A stretch of DNA of 64,000 nt. Source: Candidatus Omnitrophota bacterium. Its GTDB lineage: Bacteria > Omnitrophota > Gorgyraeia > JABMRN01 > RBG-13-46-9. The notes beneath the pieces were generated by a model. The model saw nothing but the letters and a program-made list of their open reading frames with translations, was not told the DNA's origin and did not search any database. Of this stretch, positions 27,656 through 36,604 are shown in pieces (the first letter of the stretch is position 1; the number at the start of each line of letters is the position of its first letter). The DNA is taken from contig JADHYN010000004.1 of the NCBI GenBank assembly GCA_016782425.1, positions 9,632 to 73,631 on the forward strand, read 5' to 3'. The translations under genes were made by a program, and so were the position numbers.

Positions 27656-30600
27656 ACAAGAACTTCTTCTTCCTTGGGTGGAGCCTGATTCCCGCTTTCG
27701 GCGAATTTAACCGACACAATCTTTGAAACCCCCTTCTCCTGCATGGTAATGCCGTATAGAATGTTTGCCATCTGCATGGTCTTTTTGCTGTGGGTAATGA
27801 CTATGAACTGGGAGGTTTTCAAAAATTCCTGCAGTATACGCGTAAACCTGCCGATGTTCGACTCGTCGAGGGGCGCATCGACCTCGTCAAGTATGCAGAA
27901 GGGGCTGGGTTTCACCTTAAATATGGCGAACATAAGCGCTATCGCGGTAAGTGCTTTTTCGCCGCCGGAGAGGAGAAGTAGATTTTGCAGCTTCTTGCCG
28001 GGTGGCCGCGCAACGATTTCAATACCGCTTTCTAAAACGTCCGTTTCGTCCAGAAGGAGAAGTTCTGCATGCCCACCGCCAAAAAGCATCCTGAAATAAT
28101 TCTTGAATTCGACCTGTATCTTCTGGAACGACTCCATAAATAGCTGCTTGGTAGTCCGATTTATCTTTGTTATGGCCCTGTGAAGCGATTCCTTCGCCCT
28201 CAACAGGTCCTCCTCTTGCTGGGTTAAAAACGAATATCGCTCCTCCAGTTCTTTATGTTCCTCGATGGCCACGAGATTCACGGGCCCTAATTTTTCAAGT
28301 TTTATCCTCAAGACCTCTATCTGATTTCGGATTTCTTCGGTGTTTGTTCCTTCCTCAATCTGGATATCCTGGGCCCCTATGTCCACCTTGTAAGCGTCGC
28401 GCATCCTGTCTTTGATGTTAGAGATTTTAAGCTCGCTTTCCCTGTTTTTTATTTCAAGGTTGCGGATTTGATTTCTCAAATTCTCGACGGCGTTTTCCCT
28501 CTCGCGGGAGGCACCTTCTTTATTATGCAATTCCCGAGAAAGCGTCTTTTTGTTCTCGTAAATATCGTTTAGCTTCTCTTTAAGAGATGCTTCCCCATCT
28601 TTCTCGGCTTCTATCTGCTCGGCGAGATCCTTTGCTTCGGTCTCAAGCGCTCTTATCTTTTCTTCAGAGCCCCGAGAGGCCTCTTCTTTACTCGCGTATT
28701 GCTCTTTAACTTCCTCAAGCAGCTTGAGTTCTTTATCCAGGTTTCGCGCTTCGGATTCTTCCGTATCTTTCAAAAATGTGATACCGGATTTTATTTCTGA
28801 TATTTCGAGAATTAGGTCGTTTTTCGCTTTTGTTTTGTTCTGAACCGCTTCTTGCGAAGAAGAAATAACCTCTTGCTCTCGGGCATATTCGCTTTCGTTT
28901 TCATTGAGCGTTACATTTAAGGTCTCACCCCTGGTGGATATTTCACGTATTAATTCTCCCACTTCGTCGATTTCAAGTTCAACGATCGATACCTCTTCTT
29001 TTATTTTTTTCAGGCTGGATTCCGCCGATTCCTTTTTTGACTGCGCGTTGGCCAGTTCGATTTCCTCCTCTTTCAAGCAGTTCTCGGCTGAGACGATTTC
29101 CTGCCTTAGTCCGTTGACGGTATTCTCGCGGCCGGTTTCTTCTGCCTTCAAAACCTTCATCTCTTCCAGGAGGCGAATCTTTTCACCGGCAATCTGTTCC
29201 AGTTTCTTCGCCCTTCCTATGATAGAGGTCGTGGTTTGGTTTTTGGCGGCGGATCCGCCGAAAACATACCCTTTCTCCATGTAAAAACCGTCTTTCGTTA
29301 CTATTTTTATGCCGCCGCCGTTAGCGCTTAATACTTCAGATGCCTTTTCCGCGTTCTCGACTACGTAAACATCGTCAAGGAGGAAATCGGCTAAAATCCT
29401 GTTGGGGTGGTCGATTTTCACAAAGGATAAAAGAAGCGGTATATTTTTCCTCGCCATGATTGCTTTGTGGCGGTTGTATTTTGCGCCGCGGGTGATATCC
29501 TCGTGGATTATAAAATGCGCCGAACCATTATCCCCGAGATACGAAAGGGCCTGCTTAAGAAGTTCTCTATTTTCTACGGTGATTGCCTGTGCCTTTTTGC
29601 CCAGGGCAACCTCCAGGGCTGATTCGTAACCGTTTTCTGGCTCTATCATGTCGGCGACAACGCCGGTTATGCCGCTTAATACGCCTTGCTTTACGCCTTC
29701 CATGATAAATTTGACGCCCTTGTCGAAACCCTCGAAGGTCTCGATCATCTCCTTTAATATTTCTTCCTTAGATTTAAGGGAGATAAGATTGGATTCATCT
29801 TCTCTTATCTGTCTTCTTATATCTCCGAGCGTCTCTTGGTGTAAATCGAGTCGGTCTTTTAGTTCATCGCATGAATTCCGGCGTTTCTCTACCTTGGCGC
29901 TTTTTGTGTTTAGCTCTTTATTTGCCGCTTCGAATAGCGTTTCGGCATTCTTTTTCTCCAGAGATATATTTTCCCTTTCTCCTTCAAGCCTTCTCAGTCT
30001 CAATCTCCTGTTCTGCAAATCTGCGCCCATCTTGATCAATTCGTTCTTTGTTTTTGTCTCGACGGCCAAGAGGTCTACCGTTCTATTCTTGGCGGCTCTT
30101 GTGTCTTTCTGGTGTCTTTCTATTTCGTGCGAGAGGTTCCGTGTGGATTCTTCTTTTTCAATCAGGGCCTTTTCTTTACTTTCCTTCGCGTTCGATATCC
30201 CGTCGAATCGCGCCCTGACAGTCGCGATCTCTTCTTTCTGTAGCTTGATTTTTTCTTTGAGACCGGCAAGTTCTTTCTCGAGGCCTGCCTTGAACTTTTG
30301 AAGGTCGTTAATCCTCTCTGTATTAAGCTCTATCTTGTGTTTGCTCTTATCGACGAAAATAGTGGCATCAGAAAGTTTCTGCTGCATTTCGGTTAAATTG
30401 TGGATTGCATTCTCTAGGTCCTCGCGATATTTGTCGATCAGGGCAAGATTTCCATCAAGTTCGAGCTTCAGGCTATTCTCATCTTGCGAGATGCCCTCCA
30501 AGCGCGTTTTGTTATCCTCGAACTCGAACTCTATATTGCGTAGTTCATATACGGCCATTTTCACGTCCAATTCCTTCATTATTTCGAAGTCATTCTTATA

Positions 30601-31242
30601 TCTTTCGGCTTTTCGCGCATGCCTTTCGATGGAATTAATCTGTCTTCTTACCTCATTTATAATATCGTTTATCCTTACGAGATTATTCTCTGTGTGCTCT
30701 AATTTTCGCAGCGCTTCTCTTTTCTTTGTCTTGTACCTTGTTATACCGCTTGCTTCCTCAAAAATATAGCGGCGCTCTTCCGGTTTTGAACTGAGAATCA
30801 AATCAATCTTGCCCTGTTCGATAATTGAATATGAACTTGTCCCCATGCCTGTTCCCATGAGTAAGGAGGTTATGTCTTTTAATCGAACGGGTGTCTTATT
30901 TAGAATGTATTCACTTTCACCTGAACGGAATAATCTGCGGGTAACGGTAACTTCGTCATAATCGATCGGCAAGGCCTTGTCTTCGTTCGACAGTGTTAGT
31001 GAAACCTCGGCCATGTTTATCGGGTCGATGGAATCGGTTCCGTTGAATATAACATCCTCCATGGAGGCACCTCTTAGTGATCGCGGAGACTGCTCTCCGA
31101 GAACCCATCTTATGGCATCGGATATGTTGCTTTTTCCGCAACCGTTCGGGCCGACGATAGCCGTAACGCCCGGTTCGAACTTTAGCTTTGTCTTGGTCGG
31201 AAACGATTTAAATCCTGTAATCTCCAGTTGCTTGAAATACAT
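27652..31242 (-). CDS. smc: chromosome segregation protein SMC
   Basis: MYFKQLEITGFKSF..GPNGCGKSN, long coiled coils, a hinge, then C-terminal LSGGEKALTAIAL and ILDEVDAPLD. Start set at ATG 31242 behind GAAGGAGG. Confidence 0.95.
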   Translation of the reverse strand: MYFKQLEITGFKSFPTKTKLKFEPGVTAIVGPNGCGKSNISDAIRWVLGEQSPRSLRGASMEDVIFNGTDSIDPINMAEVSLTLSNEDKALPIDYDEVTVTRRLFRSGESEYILNKTPVRLKDITSLLMGTGMGTSSYSIIEQGKIDLILSSKPEERRYIFEEASGITRYKTKKREALRKLEHTENNLVRINDIINEVRRQINSIERHARKAERYKNDFEIMKELDVKMAVYELRNIEFEFEDNKTRLEGISQDENSLKLELDGNLALIDKYREDLENAIHNLTEMQQKLSDATIFVDKSKHKIELNTERINDLQKFKAGLEKELAGLKEKIKLQKEEIATVRARFDGISNAKESKEKALIEKEESTRNLSHEIERHQKDTRAAKNRTVDLLAVETKTKNELIKMGADLQNRRLRLRRLEGERENISLEKKNAETLFEAANKELNTKSAKVEKRRNSCDELKDRLDLHQETLGDIRRQIREDESNLISLKSKEEILKEMIETFEGFDKGVKFIMEGVKQGVLSGITGVVADMIEPENGYESALEVALGKKAQAITVENRELLKQALSYLGDNGSAHFIIHEDITRGAKYNRHKAIMARKNIPLLLSFVKIDHPNRILADFLLDDVYVVENAEKASEVLSANGGGIKIVTKDGFYMEKGYVFGGSAAKNQTTTSIIGRAKKLEQIAGEKIRLLEEMKVLKAEETGRENTVNGLRQEIVSAENCLKEEEIELANAQSKKESAESSLKKIKEEVSIVELEIDEVGELIREISTRGETLNVTLNENESEYAREQEVISSSQEAVQNKTKAKNDLILEISEIKSGITFLKDTEESEARNLDKELKLLEEVKEQYASKEEASRGSEEKIRALETEAKDLAEQIEAEKDGEASLKEKLNDIYENKKTLSRELHNKEGASRERENAVENLRNQIRNLEIKNRESELKISNIKDRMRDAYKVDIGAQDIQIEEGTNTEEIRNQIEVLRIKLEKLGPVNLVAIEEHKELEERYSFLTQQEEDLLRAKESLHRAITKINRTTKQLFMESFQKIQVEFKNYFRMLFGGGHAELLLLDETDVLESGIEIVARPPGKKLQNLLLLSGGEKALTAIALMFAIFKVKPSPFCILDEVDAPLDESNIGRFTRILQEFLKTSQFIVITHSKKTMQMANILYGITMQEKGVSKIVSVKFAESGNQAPPKEEEVLV

Positions 31243-31524
31243 CTTGCCTCCTTCGATGAGCATTGGACTTATGAAAATCTCTGATTTTTATAAGTCCATC
31301 TTCTATGAATTTCTCCTCCGAATGTGCGAATTGAACCCCCCACCACTTTCTAAAATTACAATTTCTTGTCATTAAAGGCTTTGTCTCTACCATAATACAT
31401 TATCACCATTTTTGTACATAGCATAGAAAGTGGTGGGGGGTAAATTCAGCCATACGACTTGCGTCTCTTGTAACCTGGAAATAAAAATTCCTAAACTATA
31501 TATAAACGCAAGTCGTGGCTTCAT
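31243..31524 (-). repeat. three-hairpin intergenic element, copy E2 (central module type B2)
   Basis: Fills the spacer from the MerR-like stop to the smc start. Hairpin A 31264-31298, hairpin B arms 31326-31352 / 31424-31451, hairpin C arms 31451-31463 / 31507-31518. Confidence 0.85.
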
Positions 31525-31740
31525 TTATTTGCCTTTAAGCAGTATTCTCCGTAAAATATCTAGATCCTGAGATGTGTATTCGCGATAGTGGTTTATTGGG
31601 TTCCTGTGGGGTTTTGGAAAAATGCCCTTCGCCTCGTAGTTTTTTATCGTTCCCTTGTAGATGCCCAATATGTTGGCCACCTCTTGAACATTGTATCTCT
31701 TCCTGCCCAATTTGGTTTCTTCATCAACCATCAACATCAC
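31525..31740 (-). CDS. small MerR-type HTH DNA-binding protein (no effector domain)
   Basis: YNVQEVANILGIYKGTIKNYEAKGIFPKPHRNPINHYREYTSQDL matches the MerR N-terminal HTH pattern. Confidence 0.6.
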   Translation of the reverse strand: MMLMVDEETKLGRKRYNVQEVANILGIYKGTIKNYEAKGIFPKPHRNPINHYREYTSQDLDILRRILLKGK

Positions 31741-31779
31741 CTTTGTATATGTTTGTACATCTTTAATGCTCTCACTACA

Positions 31780-31808
31780 AGTATATACAATTTTGGTATT
31801 GTTGTCAA
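31780..31808 (-). promoter_or_regulatory. sigma70-type promoter of the MerR-like gene
   Basis: Minus strand reads TTGACA-17 nt-TATACT. Confidence 0.55.
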
Positions 31809-31835
31809 GATGAAAATAAAAAAATGATTAGTTGT

Positions 31836-33041
31836 TTATTTTCTTAGGACTTGGCGAAATTTTTTTGTTAAGGCAGGAACTACCTCGAAGAGGTCGCCTA
31901 CTATACCGTATGTGGCGACCTTAAAGATGGGTGCATCCGGATCCTTGTTTATCGCGATTATTATTTTAGATGACTGCATTCCGATTAAATGTTGAATCTG
32001 CCCGCTTATGCCGCAGGCAATATATATCTTCGGACAAACGGTTTTACCGGTCTGCCCTACCTGGTGTGAATACGGTATCCAGTCTGCGTCCACAGCGCTT
32101 CTGGAAGCGCCGACAGCGCCTCCTAAAACAAGCGCAAGCTCTCTTATGATATCAAAATTCTCGCCTCCTCGCAGTCCTCTCCCACCGGAGACTATTGTGT
32201 CGGCTTCGGTAAGATTGACTGTCTCTTCTATTTCTTCTACGATATCAATGAGCTTTGTTCTTGTCGATAGAATATCATCGTTATACTTTTTCTCAATAAG
32301 AGTGCCCTTTTGGCTTTTGTCAAGACCTGCTTCCTGCATGACCTTGTGCCTTACTGTTGACATCTGCGGCCTGTGGTTCGGGGTTATGATAGTAGCCATT
32401 ATGTTTCCGCCGAATGCGGGACGCGTTTGCAGAAGCAGCCTTTTTTCCGTATCAATATCCAGACCCGTGCAGTCAGCCGTAAGACCTGTATTTATTTTCA
32501 CGGCGACTCGCGAAATGAGGCTTCTTCCTATCGTCGTGGCGCCGCAAAGTAAAACCTCCGGCTTGTACTCGTGCGCAAGCTCGGTAAGGACCTTTGTATA
32601 AGGGTCGTCCTGGTAATATTTCAAATGCGGTGAGTCAACGAGATAAACGATATCCGCGCCTCTATGGTATAACTCGTTGACATCCTTTTTTACACCTTCA
32701 CCTAAAAGTACGGCACATAATTTGCCGTTTAGTTTTGATGCAAGTTTCTTGCCTTCGCCGAGAAGCTCGTATGCGACGGATTGTATTACGCCCTTCTTCT
32801 GTTCGCAAAAAACCCACACGTCCTTGTATGCGGTGTGGTCATATTTCCTTTCGATAGTTTTTATCTCTATTGCATTAAATTTGCATGGGTCGAGGCACCC
32901 GCCGCATAGGTTGCATTTGTCATAATCTATGACGGCTTTTTTATTCTCCATGCGAATGGCGCCGAAGGGACACGCATCGACGCAGAGGCCGCATCCTATG
33001 CATACTTCGTTAAGAATTTTTATTTTTTTCTCAAAACTCAT
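31836..33041 (-). CDS. etfA: electron transfer flavoprotein alpha subunit with N-terminal 2x[4Fe-4S] ferredoxin domain
   Basis: N-terminus CIGCGLCVDACP ... CNLCGGCLDPC, then the EtfA fold (VSGGRGL, YIACGISGQIQH). Confidence 0.85.
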   Translation of the reverse strand: MSFEKKIKILNEVCIGCGLCVDACPFGAIRMENKKAVIDYDKCNLCGGCLDPCKFNAIEIKTIERKYDHTAYKDVWVFCEQKKGVIQSVAYELLGEGKKLASKLNGKLCAVLLGEGVKKDVNELYHRGADIVYLVDSPHLKYYQDDPYTKVLTELAHEYKPEVLLCGATTIGRSLISRVAVKINTGLTADCTGLDIDTEKRLLLQTRPAFGGNIMATIITPNHRPQMSTVRHKVMQEAGLDKSQKGTLIEKKYNDDILSTRTKLIDIVEEIEETVNLTEADTIVSGGRGLRGGENFDIIRELALVLGGAVGASRSAVDADWIPYSHQVGQTGKTVCPKIYIACGISGQIQHLIGMQSSKIIIAINKDPDAPIFKVATYGIVGDLFEVVPALTKKFRQVLRK

Positions 33042-33810
33042 TTTTTAACTCACTGGCCAACTTATCCACGATTTCGCTTGTAACGCCTTTTAATATTACC
33101 CCGTTTTTTCTTGGCGGCGGCGTGAAAATCTTCACGACACGGGTGGGTGAACCGTCAAGGCCTATCTTGTCAAAATCGCAACCGAGATCCTCAGCGCCCC
33201 ATTTTATGATTTCCGCTTTCTTTGCCTTCATCTTGCCTTTAAGCGACGGGAGGCGTGGGCGGTTGATTTCTTTTACAACAGTAAAAAGGCAGGGTAGCGG
33301 TGTTTCTATTATTTCGAATCCCTCTTCTGTCATTCTTTCTACGCGCGCGGTTTCTTTTGTTATTTTTTCCACCTTTTTTACATATGTAACCTGCGGTATC
33401 CCCAGATGCATCGATATGCCAGGCCCTACCTGTGCTGTATCGCCGTCTGAGGCCTGTTTCCCGCAAATTATAATGCTGAAATCGCCTATTTTCTTAACCG
33501 CCTGCGAGAGCACGTAACTCGTAGCCCAGGTATCGCTACCGGCAAATAGCCTATCGGTCAAGAGTATCGCCTCATCACATCCGAGCGAAATTGCCTCTTT
33601 AAGCGCTGCCTCCGCCTGCGGCGGCCCCATGCTTATAACCGTAACTTTGCCACCGAGTTTTTCCTTTAGAAGAACTCCCTCTTCTACGGCATACATGTCA
33701 AAGGGGTTGATGATACACTCTACCCCTTCGCGTATAAGGGTGTTTGTCTCGGGATTGATTCTGACTTGGGTAGTATTCGGAACTTGTTTTACAGAGACTA
33801 TTATGTTCAT
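33031..33810 (-). CDS. etfB: electron transfer flavoprotein beta subunit
   Basis: MNIIVSVKQVPNT..INPFDMYAVEE..GKQASDGDTAQVG. Confidence 0.9.
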   Translation of the reverse strand: MNIIVSVKQVPNTTQVRINPETNTLIREGVECIINPFDMYAVEEGVLLKEKLGGKVTVISMGPPQAEAALKEAISLGCDEAILLTDRLFAGSDTWATSYVLSQAVKKIGDFSIIICGKQASDGDTAQVGPGISMHLGIPQVTYVKKVEKITKETARVERMTEEGFEIIETPLPCLFTVVKEINRPRLPSLKGKMKAKKAEIIKWGAEDLGCDFDKIGLDGSPTRVVKIFTPPPRKNGVILKGVTSEIVDKLASELKNEF

Positions 33811-33813
33811 GTT

Positions 33814-34965
33814 TTACTTCTTTTTAAGCTCCTTAATGAGACTCGCTGCGATAATGCTGCGCTGGATTTGATTCGTACCTTCGTAAATCTGCGTAATCTT
33901 AGCATCCCTCATGAGCTTCTCTACAGGGTACTCTCTCATGTAACCGTATCCGCCTAAAACCTGAACGGCATCCGTCGTAACCTTCATGGCAACGTCAGAG
34001 GCAAACGTCTTTGCGATGGCTGAAATTTTGGCCATAGACTTATCGCCGGAATCGACTACTTTAGCGGCTCTGTAAACCACAGCTCTCGCCGCCTCAACCT
34101 GTATAGCCATGTCAGCGAGCATAAACTGTAGACCTTGAAAACTCGATATCAGCCGGCCGAACTGCTTCCGTTGATGGGCATAGCTAACCGCTTCATCAAG
34201 GGCCCTCTGTGCTATACCAACAGCCTGAGCGGCAACTCCGGGACGCGAATAATCGAATGTTTTCATCGCGACAATAAATCCCATTCCTTCTCGGGATAAT
34301 ACGTTCTCCTTCGGCACCCTGCAATCTGTCAGGACGACTTCTCTTGTAGCGGAACCCCTGATGCCGAGTTTCTTCTCTTTCTTACCGAAATCAAGGCCTT
34401 TTGTTCCCTTTTCGACCATAAAAGCCGTGGCTCCACGCGCCCCCTTTGATTTGTCGGTCATGGCTATAACAGTATAAATATCCGCCTCTCCGCCGTTTGT
34501 AATCCACTGTTTTGTCCCGTTTAAAATATAGTGATCTCCGTCTTTTACCGCTTGTGTCTTTATGGAACCGGCGTCCGAACCTGCCTCTGCCTCGGTGATA
34601 CAGAAAGCCGCCATTGTCCCCTTTGCAATCTTCGGGAGATATTTCTTTTTTTGCTCATCGTTTCCGAAAAGAATTATCGGAAAGGCGCCAAGGCCTGTTG
34701 CGGCAAAGGCCAATGCTATGCCGCCGCATCCCCAGGATAATTCCTCGGTGGCGATGGCAAGCTCAAAAACGCCCCCGCCCATTCCGCCGTATTCTTCGGG
34801 AATGTAGATGCCGCATATATCCGATTCGGCCAATATTTTCACTATCGGCCAGGGAAATTCCTCTTTTTCGTCATACTCGGCAGCCACGGGTTGAATCTTT
34901 TCCCTCGCAATCTGCCTGCACAAGTCCTTTATCATCTTCTGTTCTTCGGTAAGCAAAATGTCCAT
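33814..34965 (-). CDS. short-chain (butyryl-CoA-type) acyl-CoA dehydrogenase
   Basis: ACAD fold: FCITEAEAGSDAGS, QWITNGG and YEGTNQIQ motifs. 383 aa. Confidence 0.9.
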   Translation of the reverse strand: MDILLTEEQKMIKDLCRQIAREKIQPVAAEYDEKEEFPWPIVKILAESDICGIYIPEEYGGMGGGVFELAIATEELSWGCGGIALAFAATGLGAFPIILFGNDEQKKKYLPKIAKGTMAAFCITEAEAGSDAGSIKTQAVKDGDHYILNGTKQWITNGGEADIYTVIAMTDKSKGARGATAFMVEKGTKGLDFGKKEKKLGIRGSATREVVLTDCRVPKENVLSREGMGFIVAMKTFDYSRPGVAAQAVGIAQRALDEAVSYAHQRKQFGRLISSFQGLQFMLADMAIQVEAARAVVYRAAKVVDSGDKSMAKISAIAKTFASDVAMKVTTDAVQVLGGYGYMREYPVEKLMRDAKITQIYEGTNQIQRSIIAASLIKELKKK

Positions 34966-35005
34966 TTTCCCCTCCTTTAGTTTATATTGGGATTATAACC
35001 TTGTA

Positions 35006-35034
35006 ATTATAAAATAGGTGCGGCGGTTTGTCAA
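35006..35034 (-). promoter_or_regulatory. consensus sigma70 promoter of the bcd-etfBA operon
   Basis: Minus strand reads TTGACA-17 nt-TATAAT. AAAGGAGGGG SD precedes ATG 34965. Confidence 0.65.
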
Positions 35035-35040
35035 GAAGGC

Positions 35041-35069
35041 TTTACAATATCAGTATTATCGGATAATAT
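35041..35069 (+). promoter_or_regulatory. sigma70-type promoter of the DUF3108 gene (divergent, back-to-back with the bcd promoter)
   Basis: TTTACA-17 nt-TAATAT, then 6 nt, then ATG 35076. No SD. Confidence 0.5.
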
Positions 35070-35075
35070 AGATCT

Positions 35076-35897
35076 ATGAAAAAACGCATATTTGTATTGC
35101 TCTTATTGCTTCTTTTTGCTGCCGGTTGTGCGAGGACGGCTAAGATAAGGCGTCTTGCGGTTCGTGATTCGGCCGGTGAAGAGATCGCAAAACCCAGCGC
35201 ACGCTTTACCGTCGGCGAAAGATTTACTTACGTTGCCGCATGGAAAGGCATACACGTCGGCCGAGTCACGGCAACCATAGAAGACCTTATAAGGTTTAAG
35301 GGGTATGAGGTTTACAAAATCGTGGTTGTCGCCAAAACAAGCGATTTTCTCTCCAAGCTTTTTAAGGTCGAGGACACATTTATATCGTATATGGATAAGG
35401 ATAAACTCATAAGCAGAGGATTTGAAGCCACGATAAGGGAAGGCAGGTATAAAAAGGATCTGGTCGTAGATTATGATTTCGAAAAGTGCGTCGCTACATT
35501 CAAGAACCTGCGAGACGGAACCGTAAAAACATGTCCCATAGAAGAAAATGTCCAGGATCCGATAAGTGCCGCATACTTTTTCAGAACTATCCCTGTAAAA
35601 GTCGGTGATAGGATAAAGCTAACTGTGAATTTAAATGAAAAGAACTACGAAGTATTCGGCAATATAGAAAAAAGCTCTATTACCACAGTCCCGGCTATCG
35701 GCACCTTTAATGCATTTCTGGTGAGGCCCTATATCAAATTAAAAGGAAAATTAGAGCGGCGAGGAAAAGCCTGGGGGTATTTCTCTCAGGACGAAAAACG
35801 TATCGGGCTTTACATGGTGGTCAAGGTCCTGGAAATACCGTGGATTGGAGAAATTACGGCAACGCTGGAAAGGGTGGAATATTTACAGGCTTCTTAA
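35076..35897 (+). CDS. DUF3108-like lipoprotein
   Basis: Lipobox LLFAAGC. GERFTYVAAWKGIHVGRVTATIEDL matches the DUF3108 pattern as I recall it. Confidence 0.55.
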   Translation: MKKRIFVLLLLLLFAAGCARTAKIRRLAVRDSAGEEIAKPSARFTVGERFTYVAAWKGIHVGRVTATIEDLIRFKGYEVYKIVVVAKTSDFLSKLFKVEDTFISYMDKDKLISRGFEATIREGRYKKDLVVDYDFEKCVATFKNLRDGTVKTCPIEENVQDPISAAYFFRTIPVKVGDRIKLTVNLNEKNYEVFGNIEKSSITTVPAIGTFNAFLVRPYIKLKGKLERRGKAWGYFSQDEKRIGLYMVVKVLEIPWIGEITATLERVEYLQAS

Positions 35898-36604
35898 AAT
35901 TCGAACTGGTCGCCGGCTTCAAAGCTTACAAAGCCTTCCTTGAAAATCTGCCGTAAGGCCTCTTTTGCTTTCTCGCCCGTGCAGTGGGTAGGCCCGATAA
36001 GTTTGATTCCAAGTTTTTTTAGCAAAAGTGCCAAAAATCTTACAAAGAAAACAGGGAAATGTTCCAGATGAAGGCCACCCAAAACCGCGTAAATATTCTT
36101 TCCAAAATCGTTTTTTACCTTTTTGCAAATTCCGTATATACAGGGGTGGGCGCATCCCGTAAATAAAATTAAACCCCTGGGCGAATCTATAACTAAAACA
36201 TTTTCTCTTGCGCAAAGGCCTTTTATCGGAAATACGTAGACTCCGTTCGTTATTTCTTTCCATTTCCGAACCGCGTATAAACTTTTTGCCAAAGGCTGTA
36301 ACTTGTCGAATGATTTTTTGTCGAAACCAACGGGCGTGTATACACCCAGGGTCTTCCTGGTTTTGCGAAGAATTTCTTCCAGCGCTCCGACATGGTCGTT
36401 GTGGCCGTGCGATATAACGATTGTGCGGATATCGGCCGGATTGATACCTAAAGTATTCATGTTGGATAAAAGATGTTCGGGCTCGGGACCCACATCAAAA
36501 AGAACCGGTTCTTTCCCTGTTTCCAGCAATACCGACAATCCCCACCCTGTCTTTAACCCTTTATCTTTTGCGATATGATTGAATACAACCGTTGCTTTTC
36601 CCAT
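35894..36604 (-). CDS. MBL-fold metallo-hydrolase
   Basis: VISHGHNDHVGAL motif and downstream His/Asp ligands. Confidence 0.75.
   Translation of the reverse strand: MGKATVVFNHIAKDKGLKTGWGLSVLLETGKEPVLFDVGPEPEHLLSNMNTLGINPADIRTIVISHGHNDHVGALEEILRKTRKTLGVYTPVGFDKKSFDKLQPLAKSLYAVRKWKEITNGVYVFPIKGLCARENVLVIDSPRGLILFTGCAHPCIYGICKKVKNDFGKNIYAVLGGLHLEHFPVFFVRFLALLLKKLGIKLIGPTHCTGEKAKEALRQIFKEGFVSFEAGDQFEF

Noticed and set aside
31326-31451. T-box or other known riboswitch in the B2 module (alternative pairings, G-rich GTGGTGGGGGG).
   Set aside because: There is no T-box 14-mer (AGGGUGGNACCGCG), specifier-loop or AG-bulge arrangement. The downstream genes (exbB, smc) are not amino-acid related, and I recognise no known riboswitch core.
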